From Campylobacterota bacterium (lineage in GTDB: Bacteria > Campylobacterota > Campylobacteria > Campylobacterales > Thiovulaceae): a DNA stretch of 64,000 nt. A program made the position numbers and the translations under genes. Within the stretch, counting starts at the first letter, position 1. Each line of letters starts with the position of its first letter. Below the pieces are notes generated by a model. It made no database searches. It had not been told where the DNA came from and worked only from the letters and a program-made list of their open reading frames with translations. This document shows positions 9,838 to 20,274 of the stretch, in pieces. The stretch is from contig JASKOM010000001.1 in NCBI GenBank assembly GCA_030152305.1, forward strand, positions 265,174 through 329,173. Direction: 5' to 3'.

Positions 9838-9844
9838 TGTATAA

Positions 9845-10111
9845 TCAAACTCCGTTATTTTCTTGTTCTATTCGTATCTTGCCTAATTTACAAGTTGCTC
9901 CAACATGATTATGATCGTGTTTATGTCGTTCGTCAATAAAATCTAAATCGCTTTTTGCCTGTTTTAATATTCTTTTTTGTTGAACCAATGGCAAAATACA
10001 GCTATCTTTTTCTGGAAGTGAAAGAGAAGAATCACCAATAACTTTTTGAACTTCTTTTGTTATTTCAGCAATTGCTAAATCTATATATTCTTGAACTTTG
10101 TGCATTAGCAA
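9845..10111 (-). CDS. hypothetical protein with a His-rich segment (HKHDHNH)
   Basis: 88-aa ORF between hldE and the metal permease, overlapping the hldE stop by 7 nt. No recognisable family. Confidence 0.4.
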   Translation of the reverse strand: MLMHKVQEYIDLAIAEITKEVQKVIGDSSLSLPEKDSCILPLVQQKRILKQAKSDLDFIDERHKHDHNHVGATCKLGKIRIEQENNGV

Positions 10112-11544
10112 TTACACTCAATTTTTTTTATAATATTTGTCGTGCTTCGACCTTCAAGAAAATTTATTAATTCAACTTTTTTTACAAGATCAGAACCGAC
10201 GACTTCTTTATTTTTATAATCAGCACCTTTGACAAGAACATCAGGTTTAATAATTTTTATTAATTCATACGGTGTATCTTCTTCGAAAATCACGACATAA
10301 TCAACAGCTCTTAATCCCGATAAAATTATTGCTCGGTCATTTTCGTTATTAATTGGTCGTGTTTGACCTTTTAATTTTTTAACAGAACTATCAGAATTCA
10401 ATCCGACGATTAAAATATCTCCCAATTCTCGAGCTTTATTTAAATAAGAAACATGACCAGCATGTAAAATATCAAAACAGCCATTCGTGAAAATTACTTT
10501 TTTGCCACTATTTTTTAAATTTGAACTAATTTTTTCGACCTCATCGCGAGATAATATTCGTTTATCTGGATTTAACTTTTCACCATCTTCTAAATATAAA
10601 ATCTCATCGAATGAAGCCGTTGCAGTTCCAACTTTGCTAATTACAACCGCGGCGGCACTGTTGGCAAAATGAATCGCACTATGAAGATCTAACTTGCTAT
10701 TTAACGAAACAGCAATCGATGCCAAAACAGTATCACCAGCTCCTGTAACATCAAAAACTTCTTTGCCTTTTGTTGGAAAACTAGATAATTCTCCGTTTTT
10801 GTCAAATAATTTCATTCCGTCTTCTGACAAAGTAATTATCGATTTATCAAAATCAAATTTATTAATTAATTCAAAACCTAATTTATTTATATCGCTAATT
10901 TCACCGTTGAATGCTTCAATTGCCTCTTTTTTATTTGGTTTAATTAAAAAAGCTCCACGATATTTTTCGTAATTTTTACCTTTTGGATCAACAAGAACAG
11001 GAATATTGAATTTTTTAGCCAAATTAATTATTGATCTAGCTAAATAATAAGAAACTACACCTTTACCATAATCAGAAATAAGAATCGATTTATATTTATG
11101 AATATTCGATTTTAATATTTCGCAAATGTGATCAGCAACCTCATCGCTGATATCTTTTTTACTTTCAAGATCAAAACGAGAAATTTGTTGATGTCTTGCG
11201 ATAATTCGACTTTTTAAAGTTGTTGGTCTGTCATTCGAAACGATAATTCCAAATGAGCCAATATTCGAACGAGCGAGTTCATTTTTTAATAATTCGCCGT
11301 TTGAATCATTGCCAATTACACCGAATAAATCAACATTATGTTCAAAACTTTTGATATTAAAAGCTACATTTGCTGAACCACCTAAACGAAAAGTTTCCGA
11401 AGATAGTTCAACGATTTGAATTGGTGCTTCAGGTGATATTCGATTTGTTTCGCCGATGAGGTAGCGATCGATCATAATATCACCGATAACAGCTGTGTAA
11501 CTTTTTGTCGATGAATTTTTAATAGCTTCAATGATTTCTCTCAA
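10105..11544 (-). CDS. hldE: bifunctional D-beta-D-heptose 7-phosphate kinase / D-beta-D-heptose 1-phosphate adenylyltransferase
   Basis: 479 aa. N-terminal ribokinase-like domain (DVTGAGDT) plus C-terminal cytidylyltransferase-like domain (FTNGCFDILHAGHVSYL). TTG start. Confidence 0.92.
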   Translation of the reverse strand: MREIIEAIKNSSTKSYTAVIGDIMIDRYLIGETNRISPEAPIQIVELSSETFRLGGSANVAFNIKSFEHNVDLFGVIGNDSNGELLKNELARSNIGSFGIIVSNDRPTTLKSRIIARHQQISRFDLESKKDISDEVADHICEILKSNIHKYKSILISDYGKGVVSYYLARSIINLAKKFNIPVLVDPKGKNYEKYRGAFLIKPNKKEAIEAFNGEISDINKLGFELINKFDFDKSIITLSEDGMKLFDKNGELSSFPTKGKEVFDVTGAGDTVLASIAVSLNSKLDLHSAIHFANSAAAVVISKVGTATASFDEILYLEDGEKLNPDKRILSRDEVEKISSNLKNSGKKVIFTNGCFDILHAGHVSYLNKARELGDILIVGLNSDSSVKKLKGQTRPINNENDRAIILSGLRAVDYVVIFEEDTPYELIKIIKPDVLVKGADYKNKEVVGSDLVKKVELINFLEGRSTTNIIKKIECNC

Positions 11545-12276
11545 TCTTTATTCCTTTCATGTTCTAATAAATCAGAATAAAGAGTAAATCTACCTCGACC
11601 ATTTTTCTTAGAATGATACATAGCGATATCAGAACTTTTTAATAATTCAGAAATATTATTGCCATCATGCTGATAAATAAAATGTTAAACTCATATCAAG
11701 AACGATTTTATTGGCAAATTCACGAACGATAGATAATTCGTTAATATTTGGCAAAATAACAACAAATTCATCACCACCAAGTCTTGAAACAAAATTATTG
11801 TCGCCAATAATATTTTTTATTCGACCAACAGCTCCGATAAGAATTTCGTCTCCAGCATCGTGTCCCATAGTGTCATTAATATGTTTAAATTTATCAAGAT
11901 CAATAAACATAATGGCAAATTTATTACCATTGTCTCGACTTGCTTTAATAATTTCGGGAAACATTTCGTTGAACATTCCACGATTTGGAATCTTTGTTAA
12001 AGGATCAAGTTTTGCATCTAATAATTCTCTAACTTTTTCATTAACTTTTTCTTCAAGTTTCATTCGATATTCGTCAAGTTCAGCATAAGAATCTTGAAGT
12101 TGTTTATGCAAAGTTATAAGCTGTTTATGTTGTGAATCACTTTGTTTAAGAACTTTTTCTAATCGTCTTTGAGTTCGATCATATTCTTTTTCAAGTTTAT
12201 CTACCTCTTTTTGCAAAAGAGCAATTACATTATTAGAAAATTCTTTAAGAGAATCTTGAAAACTACCTAAACTCAA
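11541..12276 (-). pseudogene. GGDEF diguanylate cyclase (SiaD-like), frameshifted near the 3' end
   Basis: The ORF at 11665-12276 has a coiled coil plus a GGDEF domain (RLGGDEFVVIL) and stops at ...LTFYLSA*. The missing domain end (IYQHDGNNISELLKSSDIAMYHSKKNGRGRFTLY...) continues in another frame down to the TGA at 11541-11543. Deleting 1 nt from the T-run at about 11672-11687 restores it. Confidence 0.7.
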
Positions 12277-12278
12277 AG

Positions 12279-12662
12279 TTAATCTTTCGTGATCATTGCA
12301 ATATTTAAATTACGATATTCAGCGACAAAATCTTCACCAGCTTCTTCAGCACTGCTATTATCAGGACTATAAATCCATCGAACTTCGATTATATGACCAT
12401 CTTCAGAAGAATCAGACAAAATATCAAAAAGTTGAAAAAACAGTTGAGAACTACTTGAATTAAAATAATTAATTTCCATTTCAACGATAGTTTTTAATTC
12501 TGATTCTTCTTGAAAAAATTTCTTTAACCAGTTTAAAACATTTTTATAAAAATCAAAAGTATTTTCAGGAAAAGAGTTACCTCGAACTGAAAAAATTCTT
12601 GTTGTTACATTAAAAGATATTTCTGGTGTATATTCAGTAGCTCTAATTTCTAAGTTTTCCAT
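12279..12662 (-). CDS. SiaC-like DUF1987 regulatory protein
   Basis: 127 aa. Starts MENLEIRATEYTPEISFN...; FPENTFDFYKNVLNWLKKF and NYFNSSSSQLFFQLFDIL are typical of DUF1987. Confidence 0.7.
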   Translation of the reverse strand: MENLEIRATEYTPEISFNVTTRIFSVRGNSFPENTFDFYKNVLNWLKKFFQEESELKTIVEMEINYFNSSSSQLFFQLFDILSDSSEDGHIIEVRWIYSPDNSSAEEAGEDFVAEYRNLNIAMITKD

Positions 12663-12680
12663 TTTTTAACTCCTATTGTT

Positions 12681-13232
12681 TTAAATTATAACTTTTAACG
12701 AAAAAAACATACTTTCGTGATCTAGTTCTACGAATTTGTATTCTAATTTTTCGCTAGATTTTCTGGCTAAATCGATTAAACCTAAACCAGCACCGCGACT
12801 ATGAACATCTTGACGACCTCGTCTTCGTTCTCGATATAAATCTTTTAAAGCTTCAGCATCAAGTGTATTTAAATTATTAATTTTTGCTGTTAAATTAGTT
12901 TTTTTGCCTTTTGCAATTCGATTACCACTCATAATAAAATATTTATTAATTTCTTGATTTAATCCAACAACGACAATTCCACTACTTTCAAACATGTTTT
13001 GTCCAATATCTCGACTATCATAAGAATAATTAAGAACATTTTGCATCATTTCGATTAAGACTTCAAATATAGTTCTAACAACTCGTGTTTCAACACCTAA
13101 ATTTGCAAGTTTAATTTCCATGCCTTTTGCAAAACCAGAAAGAACAGGTTGGGATATTGCACCACTAAAAGCAAGAAGAATTCCGTTTGAATCAAAATTA
13201 TGTTTTAATTCAAGAGTTTGATCCAATAACAT
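12681..13232 (-). CDS. SiaB-like small ATPase/kinase-fold protein
   Basis: 183 aa. Size, position between the PP2C and DUF1987 genes, and C-terminal GAGLGLIDLARKS (HATPase-like G-box) fit SiaB. Confidence 0.55.
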   Translation of the reverse strand: MLLDQTLELKHNFDSNGILLAFSGAISQPVLSGFAKGMEIKLANLGVETRVVRTIFEVLIEMMQNVLNYSYDSRDIGQNMFESSGIVVVGLNQEINKYFIMSGNRIAKGKKTNLTAKINNLNTLDAEALKDLYRERRRGRQDVHSRGAGLGLIDLARKSSEKLEYKFVELDHESMFFSLKVII

Positions 13233-13259
13233 ATAAAAATTATCCTTTTAATTTTATTT

Positions 13260-14575
13260 TTAAAACTCGATGCCTATAACAGAAACATCATCATTTCTTT
13301 TTACAGAACCGCTATATTTCTTAAGAGTATCAAGAAAAGCATTTTTTGAATTTCCATGCTATTTTTTTGTTGATCTATTATCAGATTATAAAAATTTTTA
13401 CTGCCAAAAGGCAAATATTTTTCGCCACCCATTTGATCAGTAAAACCATCAGTCGTTAAATATATTTTATCATTACTTTCTAAATTAATAGATATTTCAT
13501 TAAATTTATAATCAAGAGCTGTTCGATTATAACCAATAGAAAAACGATCGCCTTTAAACATATCAATTTTGCCATTTCTAATAAAATATAAATTTAATTT
13601 TGCTCCTGAATAATTTAAAACATGATTTTTATAATCTATAAATAAAACTGCTCCATCAAATCCAGATTGATTTAATAAAGTTTCTCGTAATTTGCTATTA
13701 AACATTTGTAAAATCATAGAGGGAGATAAATAATTATTTTTTTTAATTTGATCAACAATTTGTCTATGAATAGCTTTTATGAGCATTGTTAAAAAAGCTC
13801 CTGGCACTCCATGACCTGTGCAATCAATAAGCATTAAAAAAATAGTATTCATCTCTTCGATATCCTCAATAAAATATATATCCCCACCAACAATATCACG
13901 AGGTTCCCAAATTATAAAATAATCTTTAAATCTTTTATTTAAAATATCTTGATTAGATAAAAGGGACTTTTGAATCAGAGATGCATACTCTATTGAAGAT
14001 TTCATATCTCGATGCAAACGACTTAATTCTTCTTCTCGTTGTTTCTGTTTTGTTATATCCGTAACCATTCCAAGAAAAGCAGGTTCGCCGTAAAAATCGA
14101 TTTCGACAAGCGAAAGAAGAGCATCAAATTCATGATCATCAAAAGCTTTAAATCGCAATTCCATACCATAAAGAGCATTATCACAAGCCTTTAAAGCATC
14201 ACGAATTTTAAAAGCATCGTTTTGATCAACATATATTCGTTCAATAGAACTACCAATTAATTCATTTAAACTTGTTCTATATTGAGCAGATGCTTCAGGA
14301 TTTGCATAAATAATTTTTCGTGTCCTTTTTGATGTTATTAACATAGGCGAGACTATATTAGACAAAATTAATTCTGTTTGCTCTTTTTGTTTCAAGAGCA
14401 TTTCAGTTCTCTTTTGAATAATTTTATCTAGCCCTGCATTGAGCGAATGTAATTCTTCGGTTGCTTTATAAAGATCTAAAGCTTTTTTTTCAAGGAGATT
14501 TTCAGCCTCTTTTCTGGCTTTTCGTTCTCGCTCAAACCGTTTTTTCCATCGCTCTATCTCTTCTTCGTTTGCCAA
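13260..14575 (-). CDS. PAS + PP2C/SpoIIE-type phosphatase (SiaA-like), C-terminal frameshift
   Basis: Coiled coil, PAS-like segment and SpoIIE domain (GDIYFIED..., LMLIDCTGHGVPGAFL, TDGFTDQ). The ORF-track model ends at 13301. The canonical domain end NAFLDTLKKYSGSVKRNDDVSVIGIEF* is in the +1 frame after the A6 run (plus-strand T6 at 13342-13347). Confidence 0.7.
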
Positions 14576-14587
14576 TTATTTACCTTT

Positions 14588-15661
14588 TTATTGATTTGAT
14601 GAGGTATTATTTGTTGAACTTTTTATTTTTTGACCATCGTTTTTCATATCAACCCAAATATTTGGAGTTGAACCACCTGGTGTTAAAAATATTTTTGCAT
14701 CTGTATTAGTTTGTAAAGCTTTATTAAACTCATTTTGAACTTTTAACTGTTCAAGTGCTAATAAACTTTGATTTAAACTATCTGAAATTAATTTATTTGC
14801 TTTTGCTTGTGATTCAGCTTCAATTAAAACAGAATCAGCAATACCTTGCGATTGAATTTTTCTAGCTTCAGCTTCACCACGAGCAAGTTCAGCTTTTTGA
14901 AATGCTGTTTGCTTTGCTTTTTCGACTTCTTGTTGAGCTCGTTCGACTTCTTGTTTTGCAACTTGAACTTTCTCGATTTGCTCTTTTACTTTTATAGGAA
15001 GAATAATTTCTCGTAAATTAACAGACTCTAATTTTGCAGGTGAATTTTCAAGATTTTCAATTCGTTCTCGGATTTTCATATCAATTTCTGTTGCTATTTC
15101 ATTTCGTTTAATTGGCAAAATTTCAGCTTCATAATTTCCGACAACATTTCGAACGATGTCTCGAACAACTGGATTGATAATTTTTTCTTCCCATGAAATG
15201 CCCCAAGTCGAAATCGTTTTTGCAACATTAAACTGATTTAATTTATATTGAACTGTTAATTCGATCGTTACAGGAAGACCTCGTTTATCAAGAACTGTAA
15301 TCGGTTCTCGAGTTTGAAGACCTTCATCTTTTTTACTATCACCAAATAAATCAGTAGATTTATAATGAACAAGTCGAACTTTTGTATCAACGACCATAAC
15401 TTGTTGAACAACTGGAATAACAAAATGAATCCCCGGTTCAAGAGGAATTTGCTCATATTTTCCAAGAGTAATTTTTATGCCTCGTTCGCCTTCGCTAATT
15501 ATCGTAAAAGGTTTTGCAAAAAAGAAAAAACCTCCAACAATAAGAACAAGATAAACCAACCAAGATTTTTCACCAAGATTTTTTATAAATTCTGGTGGTT
15601 CTGGCATTTGCCCATTTCCACCGCCACTACCTCGTTGAAAGTCTCTCATATCAGCTGGCAT
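14588..15661 (-). CDS. SPFH/band-7 (prohibitin-like) membrane protein
   Basis: 357 aa with an N-terminal TM segment, an SPFH domain, and a C-terminal coiled coil rich in A/E/Q. Confidence 0.8.
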   Translation of the reverse strand: MPADMRDFQRGSGGGNGQMPEPPEFIKNLGEKSWLVYLVLIVGGFFFFAKPFTIISEGERGIKITLGKYEQIPLEPGIHFVIPVVQQVMVVDTKVRLVHYKSTDLFGDSKKDEGLQTREPITVLDKRGLPVTIELTVQYKLNQFNVAKTISTWGISWEEKIINPVVRDIVRNVVGNYEAEILPIKRNEIATEIDMKIRERIENLENSPAKLESVNLREIILPIKVKEQIEKVQVAKQEVERAQQEVEKAKQTAFQKAELARGEAEARKIQSQGIADSVLIEAESQAKANKLISDSLNQSLLALEQLKVQNEFNKALQTNTDAKIFLTPGGSTPNIWVDMKNDGQKIKSSTNNTSSNQ

Positions 15662-15665
15662 TTAT

Positions 15666-16592
15666 TTACCTCTCTTCATTTATATAAGTTAGCATATGGC
15701 TATATTTTTCATTTCGTCCATAAACAACATCGAAATATGCTTTTTGAATTCGTTCAGTAATTTCACCTCGACCGCCATTTCCGATAATTCGGCTATCAAC
15801 ATCTTTAATCGGTGTAATTTCTGCTGCTGTGCCTGCAAAAAATGCTTCGTCTGCAATATAGACCTCATCACGAGTAATTCGTCGTCGTTCAACAGGAATA
15901 TTTAAATCTTTTGCGATTAATAAAACAGTATCTTGAGTAATACCTTCGAGAGCATTATCATTTGGAGGACAGATAATTTTGCCATTTCGAACGATAAAAA
16001 ATATTTCACCGCTACCTTCAGCGATAAAACCTTCGCTATCTAATAATAAACCTTCTTGATAACCTGCTTCGATTGCTTCGTATTTAGCCATTTGAGAATT
16101 TATATAATTTGCAACTGCTTTAGCTTTACCCATTGTTGATCGAACTGAATTTCGCATAAATGAAGAAATTTTTACTCGAATGCCATTTTTTAAGCCTTCA
16201 TCACCTAAATAGCTACCCCATTCCCAAGAAGCAATTGCTGATTTAACAGGAGCTTTCATGTGATAAACACCCATAACACCGTAACCTAAATAAATAATAG
16301 GTCGAATATAAACATTCTTTTTAAATTCATTTCGTTTTAATAATTCGATTTGAGCATATTCGAGTTGTTCAATATTAAAATTAGGTTTAATCATAGTGAT
16401 TTTTGCTGAATTAAGTAATCTTTGAGTATGTTCTCGAAGTCTAAAAATTGCAAGTCCTCGATCAGTTTGATAAGCTCGAACACCTTCAAAAACACCGTTA
16501 CCATAATGCAAAGTATGAGTTAATATATGTGTTGTTGCATCAGCCCAATTGACGAATTCACCGTCCATCCAGATATATTTTGCTGGTTCCAT
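15666..16592 (-). CDS. ilvE: branched-chain amino acid aminotransferase
   Basis: 308 aa with class-IV aminotransferase sequence throughout (HYGNGVFEGVRAY, EGSGEIFFIV). Confidence 0.92.
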   Translation of the reverse strand: MEPAKYIWMDGEFVNWADATTHILTHTLHYGNGVFEGVRAYQTDRGLAIFRLREHTQRLLNSAKITMIKPNFNIEQLEYAQIELLKRNEFKKNVYIRPIIYLGYGVMGVYHMKAPVKSAIASWEWGSYLGDEGLKNGIRVKISSFMRNSVRSTMGKAKAVANYINSQMAKYEAIEAGYQEGLLLDSEGFIAEGSGEIFFIVRNGKIICPPNDNALEGITQDTVLLIAKDLNIPVERRRITRDEVYIADEAFFAGTAAEITPIKDVDSRIIGNGGRGEITERIQKAYFDVVYGRNEKYSHMLTYINEER

Positions 16593-16593
16593 T

Positions 16594-17037
16594 TTAATTT
16601 TCCTCTTCTGTGTTTATCATCCAAATTGAGAATACATTTATATAATTCCAGAAGATTTCAATAAGAGCTTGTGGCACTCGATTTTCTAAAGATTTTAAAA
16701 TTGGAATATATAATTCAAGCCAAACTCGTCTAGCTTTTGGAGTTATTCTAAAAGGTGCATGTCTACCTACCATTCGCGGAGCTCCTCGACTTTCAGTGAA
16801 ATAAGGTTTTCCGCCTAAAACTTGAATAAAAAAATCAGAAGCTCGTTTTTTTGCTTCTTCAAATTCATCTTCATCAACGGGAAACAGATTACGAATTTCG
16901 CTATTTTTTATAGCTTCATAATGCTGATCAACAATTTCTCTCATTCCAGTTTCGCCAATAAATTTAAAAAAATCTGGATGAGGTGCTGTTACAGGTGGTC
17001 TTTCACCAAATGGAACTTCTCTAATAACAAGATTCAT
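16594..17037 (-). CDS. truncated-haemoglobin-like globin family protein
   Basis: 147 aa. FFIQVLGGKPYFTESRGAPRMVGRHAPFRI matches the bacterial-globin core pattern. Confidence 0.5.
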   Translation of the reverse strand: MNLVIREVPFGERPPVTAPHPDFFKFIGETGMREIVDQHYEAIKNSEIRNLFPVDEDEFEEAKKRASDFFIQVLGGKPYFTESRGAPRMVGRHAPFRITPKARRVWLELYIPILKSLENRVPQALIEIFWNYINVFSIWMINTEEEN

Positions 17038-17144
17038 ATTAAAAAATCCTTTCTATAAGTTATGTATTCTCTTTTTTGATTTAAGAGAAATTTTATCAAA
17101 TTAACGAAATTTAATAGTTAAAATAAATAAACACTTTTTAAATT

Positions 17145-18908
17145 TTATTTTGTTGTTGTCATCATTTGAATTAAAGCTTTTAATTCTAGACTTTCGTTTA
17201 AAGTTTCTAACTTATCTTTTTTTAATAAATAACTTTGATCGCCTTCTCTTAAAAATGCAAAACTATTTTTTTCATTTTCGTTGAGCAACGAATTGCCATA
17301 TAAATTATATTTTTTATTATTTTTTAAAATTTTAATAATCGTTGGAAAAATATCAGATTGAGAAGCAATTTTATCGATTTGATGAGGTTCAAAAATATCA
17401 GGAGCATAAATATATAACGGGATTCTATGTCGTTCAATTATAGATTCACTTTTAAATAAATTATTTCCAACAACATGATCAGCCGTAATTATACAAATCG
17501 TGTTTTGAAACCAACTTTGTTTTTTACACGATTCGAGAAATTCACCTAATTTATTATCAAAATAATATAAATTATTTAAATAACCGTTTAGTCCAGTTTC
17601 ATCGTGAGAATAAATTTCATATTTTTTATTTGGTAATTTAAAAGGCATGTGCATTGTAGCCGTAAAACCAAATAATAAAAATGGCTGATTCGAATTTAAT
17701 TCTAAATGATTAATAAATTTTAATAAATTGCCATCCCAAACACTGCCAAAAGGCAATTTAATATTTACCTCATCGACATTTAAATTTTGCATATCTTCAG
17801 CACCAAAAACATTATCAAAACCAGCAATCGTCAAAGCTTGATCAATTCGAAAACTAGATCGTTTTGACCCTTGAATTCCAAAAGTTTTATAATTTAAATC
17901 TTTGACAAATTTGCCAAGATAATTGATATTTTTATTCATTTCTCGACCGTAACCTAAATCAGGAAAAGCAGGAACAGACGGAATACCCGTTAAAATAGAA
18001 GTTATTCCTTCGATGCTTCGCTGACCATTTGCAAAAAAATTATTAAAATAAATAGACGAATTTTTTAAATTATATAAATTTGGAGTCAAATTTTGATCGA
18101 TAAATTGCGGTGTCAAACTTTCAACTAATAAAATAATAATATTTGGTGTTTCGATATTTTTTTTATATTTTATATTTGACGAAAAATTATTATCTAATAA
18201 ATTATTAATTATATTTTCAGCTTCGTTATTTGGCACAAAATTATAAATTGTTCTCTTTTTGCTTTTTAAAATCGAGAAAGTTCCAGAAACTGCAAGATGA
18301 GCCGTTTGGATTTTGCCGTTAATAAAATTATCAGAAAATGACAACGGTTTGCCTGAAATTTTGCCACGAATGCCTAAAAATAATAAAATAATCGCGATAA
18401 AAATAATTATTATTTTTTCGATTAATTTTGAATTATTTATAAATTTTGTTTCGTCTATTTTTGTTAAATTAAGCCATATTTTCCAAATTAATAACATGCC
18501 TAAAGCATAAAGCGAAATAAAATTCGCATAAATTATAAATAAATCAAAAATAAAATTTAAATCATTGCCGATTAAAAAAACTTCATTTTCGAGATGACGA
18601 CCAACTTGAGGAAAATAGCCAATGCTAATTAAATTAACCGAAAAAATTATATATAAAATAATAAATAAACTTCGATTTCCAAATTTCCAAAAGCCAAAAA
18701 GCATAGCCAAAATAGAAACCGCTCCAAATGTTGAAATTGTTAAAAAATCAACACGAAGACCATTTATAAACGATAAAAAAATTTCGTTAAAACTTAATTT
18801 AGCAAAATTATCTAAGTTTAAAAAATAAAATAAAAATCTTTCAAGTGAAAGAACGAATAACGAAAAAACAACCAGTTTTGAACTCTGTTTAAATTTGTAA
18901 ATTGTCAA
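17145..18908 (-). CDS. LTA-synthase-family sulfatase-type transferase (phosphoglycerol/phosphoethanolamine transferase-like)
   Basis: 587 aa. N-terminal TM helices plus an extracytoplasmic alkaline-phosphatase/sulfatase domain (LLVESLTPQF, ITADHV). TTG start. Confidence 0.7.
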   Translation of the reverse strand: MTIYKFKQSSKLVVFSLFVLSLERFLFYFLNLDNFAKLSFNEIFLSFINGLRVDFLTISTFGAVSILAMLFGFWKFGNRSLFIILYIIFSVNLISIGYFPQVGRHLENEVFLIGNDLNFIFDLFIIYANFISLYALGMLLIWKIWLNLTKIDETKFINNSKLIEKIIIIFIAIILLFLGIRGKISGKPLSFSDNFINGKIQTAHLAVSGTFSILKSKKRTIYNFVPNNEAENIINNLLDNNFSSNIKYKKNIETPNIIILLVESLTPQFIDQNLTPNLYNLKNSSIYFNNFFANGQRSIEGITSILTGIPSVPAFPDLGYGREMNKNINYLGKFVKDLNYKTFGIQGSKRSSFRIDQALTIAGFDNVFGAEDMQNLNVDEVNIKLPFGSVWDGNLLKFINHLELNSNQPFLLFGFTATMHMPFKLPNKKYEIYSHDETGLNGYLNNLYYFDNKLGEFLESCKKQSWFQNTICIITADHVVGNNLFKSESIIERHRIPLYIYAPDIFEPHQIDKIASQSDIFPTIIKILKNNKKYNLYGNSLLNENEKNSFAFLREGDQSYLLKKDKLETLNESLELKALIQMMTTTK

Positions 18909-18981
18909 TAATAAAACTCCCGTAATGTTTTGTTTATTTTATTATATATTCAATGATTTTATTTTCACCGCTTTCCAAACC

Positions 18982-19006
18982 GTCATTTCGAATTTATTTC
19001 GGGATC
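18982..19006 (+). repeat. palindromic repeat element, copy E3 (degenerate left arm)
   Basis: GTCATTTCGAATTTATTTCGGGATC, followed by the conserved TAATTAATTTGAAAAAG. Confidence 0.7.
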
Positions 19007-19059
19007 TATCTAATTAATTTGAAAAAGATAAAGATGATTTAAATGTTGATTTTGTTGAT

Positions 19060-19272
19060 TTATTGTAATTTCAACGAAACACTTTCATAAAGTTTTGCTT
19101 TTTTGTAAGCTTCTATATATAGCTTAATAATTTTTGGCACTTCAATATCACCAAGCACCCATCGATTAATAGTATTGGCGGTTTTATCGATATGTTCTGC
19201 GAAATCTTTTTGGGTCATTCCAATAGCTTTTAATTCGGCTTTCAAATCAAACTCTTTTTTTATTTCCTCCAT
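19060..19272 (-). CDS. XRE/Cro-type helix-turn-helix protein (H6, orphan)
   Basis: 70 aa. GMTQKDFAEHIDKTANTINRWVLG is an HTH_3 pattern. The first 25 aa are near-identical to H5 (20275-20499). Confidence 0.8.
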   Translation of the reverse strand: MEEIKKEFDLKAELKAIGMTQKDFAEHIDKTANTINRWVLGDIEVPKIIKLYIEAYKKAKLYESVSLKLQ

Positions 19273-19337
19273 TTAACACCTTTCACAATTTTTCGTAATT
19301 TTAATATTTTTGGCTTTTCGATTGTCATCCCAAACCA

Positions 19338-19404
19338 GTCATCCCGAATTTATTTCGGGATCTAATTAATTTGAAAAAAGATTCTAAAATGAATTCATGG
19401 CGAC
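19338..19404 (+). repeat. palindromic repeat element, copy E4 plus an inverted partner
   Basis: GTCATCCCGAATTTATTTCGGGATC (19338-19362), the spacer TAATTAATTTGAAAAAA, and an inverted degenerate copy GATTCTAAAATGAATTCATGGCGAC (19380-19404). Confidence 0.75.
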
Positions 19405-19414
19405 GAAAAGTTTA

Positions 19415-20167
19415 TTAAACAATCGTTTTTATTTTCCACTTGATTTGATTAAACTTACCAACGATCGCAATTCCAAATTCTTCACCCGATGAGGTCATTT
19501 TCCAAATTCCATTTTCTTTAACTTGAAAACCTTTATGAGCTAACATCAAATTAATTTCGACAGGACTTTTGTTAATCATTTTGCCTAATTCAGTCGGAAG
19601 AAAGAATTGCGAATCAAGCTCTATTTCAAAATATTCAAGAACTGAAAAGTTATGAAACTTTCGATAAAACTTATCAAGTCGAAATAAATCGATTGGATTT
19701 GCATTTCGTAAATTTGCGAGTAAGTTTGTTGTTGCTGTGAAATTGTTATCAAGTTCGATTATCTGTTCAGTTGAATTTCCAATTTCTGGAAGTTGAGAAG
19801 TTTGAATTTGCGGTTTCTGATTTTGTAAAAGCTCTCGCATTCTAAAGAATTCCCCAACTAAACGGACTTTAAAATCTAAAACGATGTCGTTATTTCTCAT
19901 CATTGAAATTAGTAAAGTTGCTTGTTGCTCGTTGAGATAGAAAGTTTTAGCAGGTCTATAATTTGGATTAAGTTTTTGCTGTTCTTTTATTTCAAATTCG
20001 CCCTCGATTTTAAATCGCATCCGATCAAAAAGCTCGAATTTATCGATATTTGAAGTAATTAATTTAGGAATACTTCGCTCTAAGTTTTGTGTTTGTTCAG
20101 CGATAACTCGATGAGAAATTTGTGGTTCGTTGTCGATGAGTTCGACTAAGTTTGTTATAATTTCCAT
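19415..20167 (-). CDS. Rha-type N-terminal domain + KilAC/ANT-type C-terminal domain protein (R5)
   Basis: 250 aa. LVELIDNEPQISHRVIAEQT...TFYLNEQQATLLISMMRNNDIVLDFKVRLVGEFFRMRE is Rha-like. The C-terminal FFLPTELGKMINKSPVEINLMLAHKGFQVKENGIWKMTSSGEEFG is KilAC-like. Confidence 0.75.
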   Translation of the reverse strand: MEIITNLVELIDNEPQISHRVIAEQTQNLERSIPKLITSNIDKFELFDRMRFKIEGEFEIKEQQKLNPNYRPAKTFYLNEQQATLLISMMRNNDIVLDFKVRLVGEFFRMRELLQNQKPQIQTSQLPEIGNSTEQIIELDNNFTATTNLLANLRNANPIDLFRLDKFYRKFHNFSVLEYFEIELDSQFFLPTELGKMINKSPVEINLMLAHKGFQVKENGIWKMTSSGEEFGIAIVGKFNQIKWKIKTIV

Positions 20168-20274
20168 TGATGTTTCCTAATCTGGAGATCTAAATTTGAA
20201 TTGAGTGTGTTTTGAAAGCCTAGCTCAATTCTAATGAAAATTATAGCCTAAAAAGATAAAAAAAAATCCTTTAA

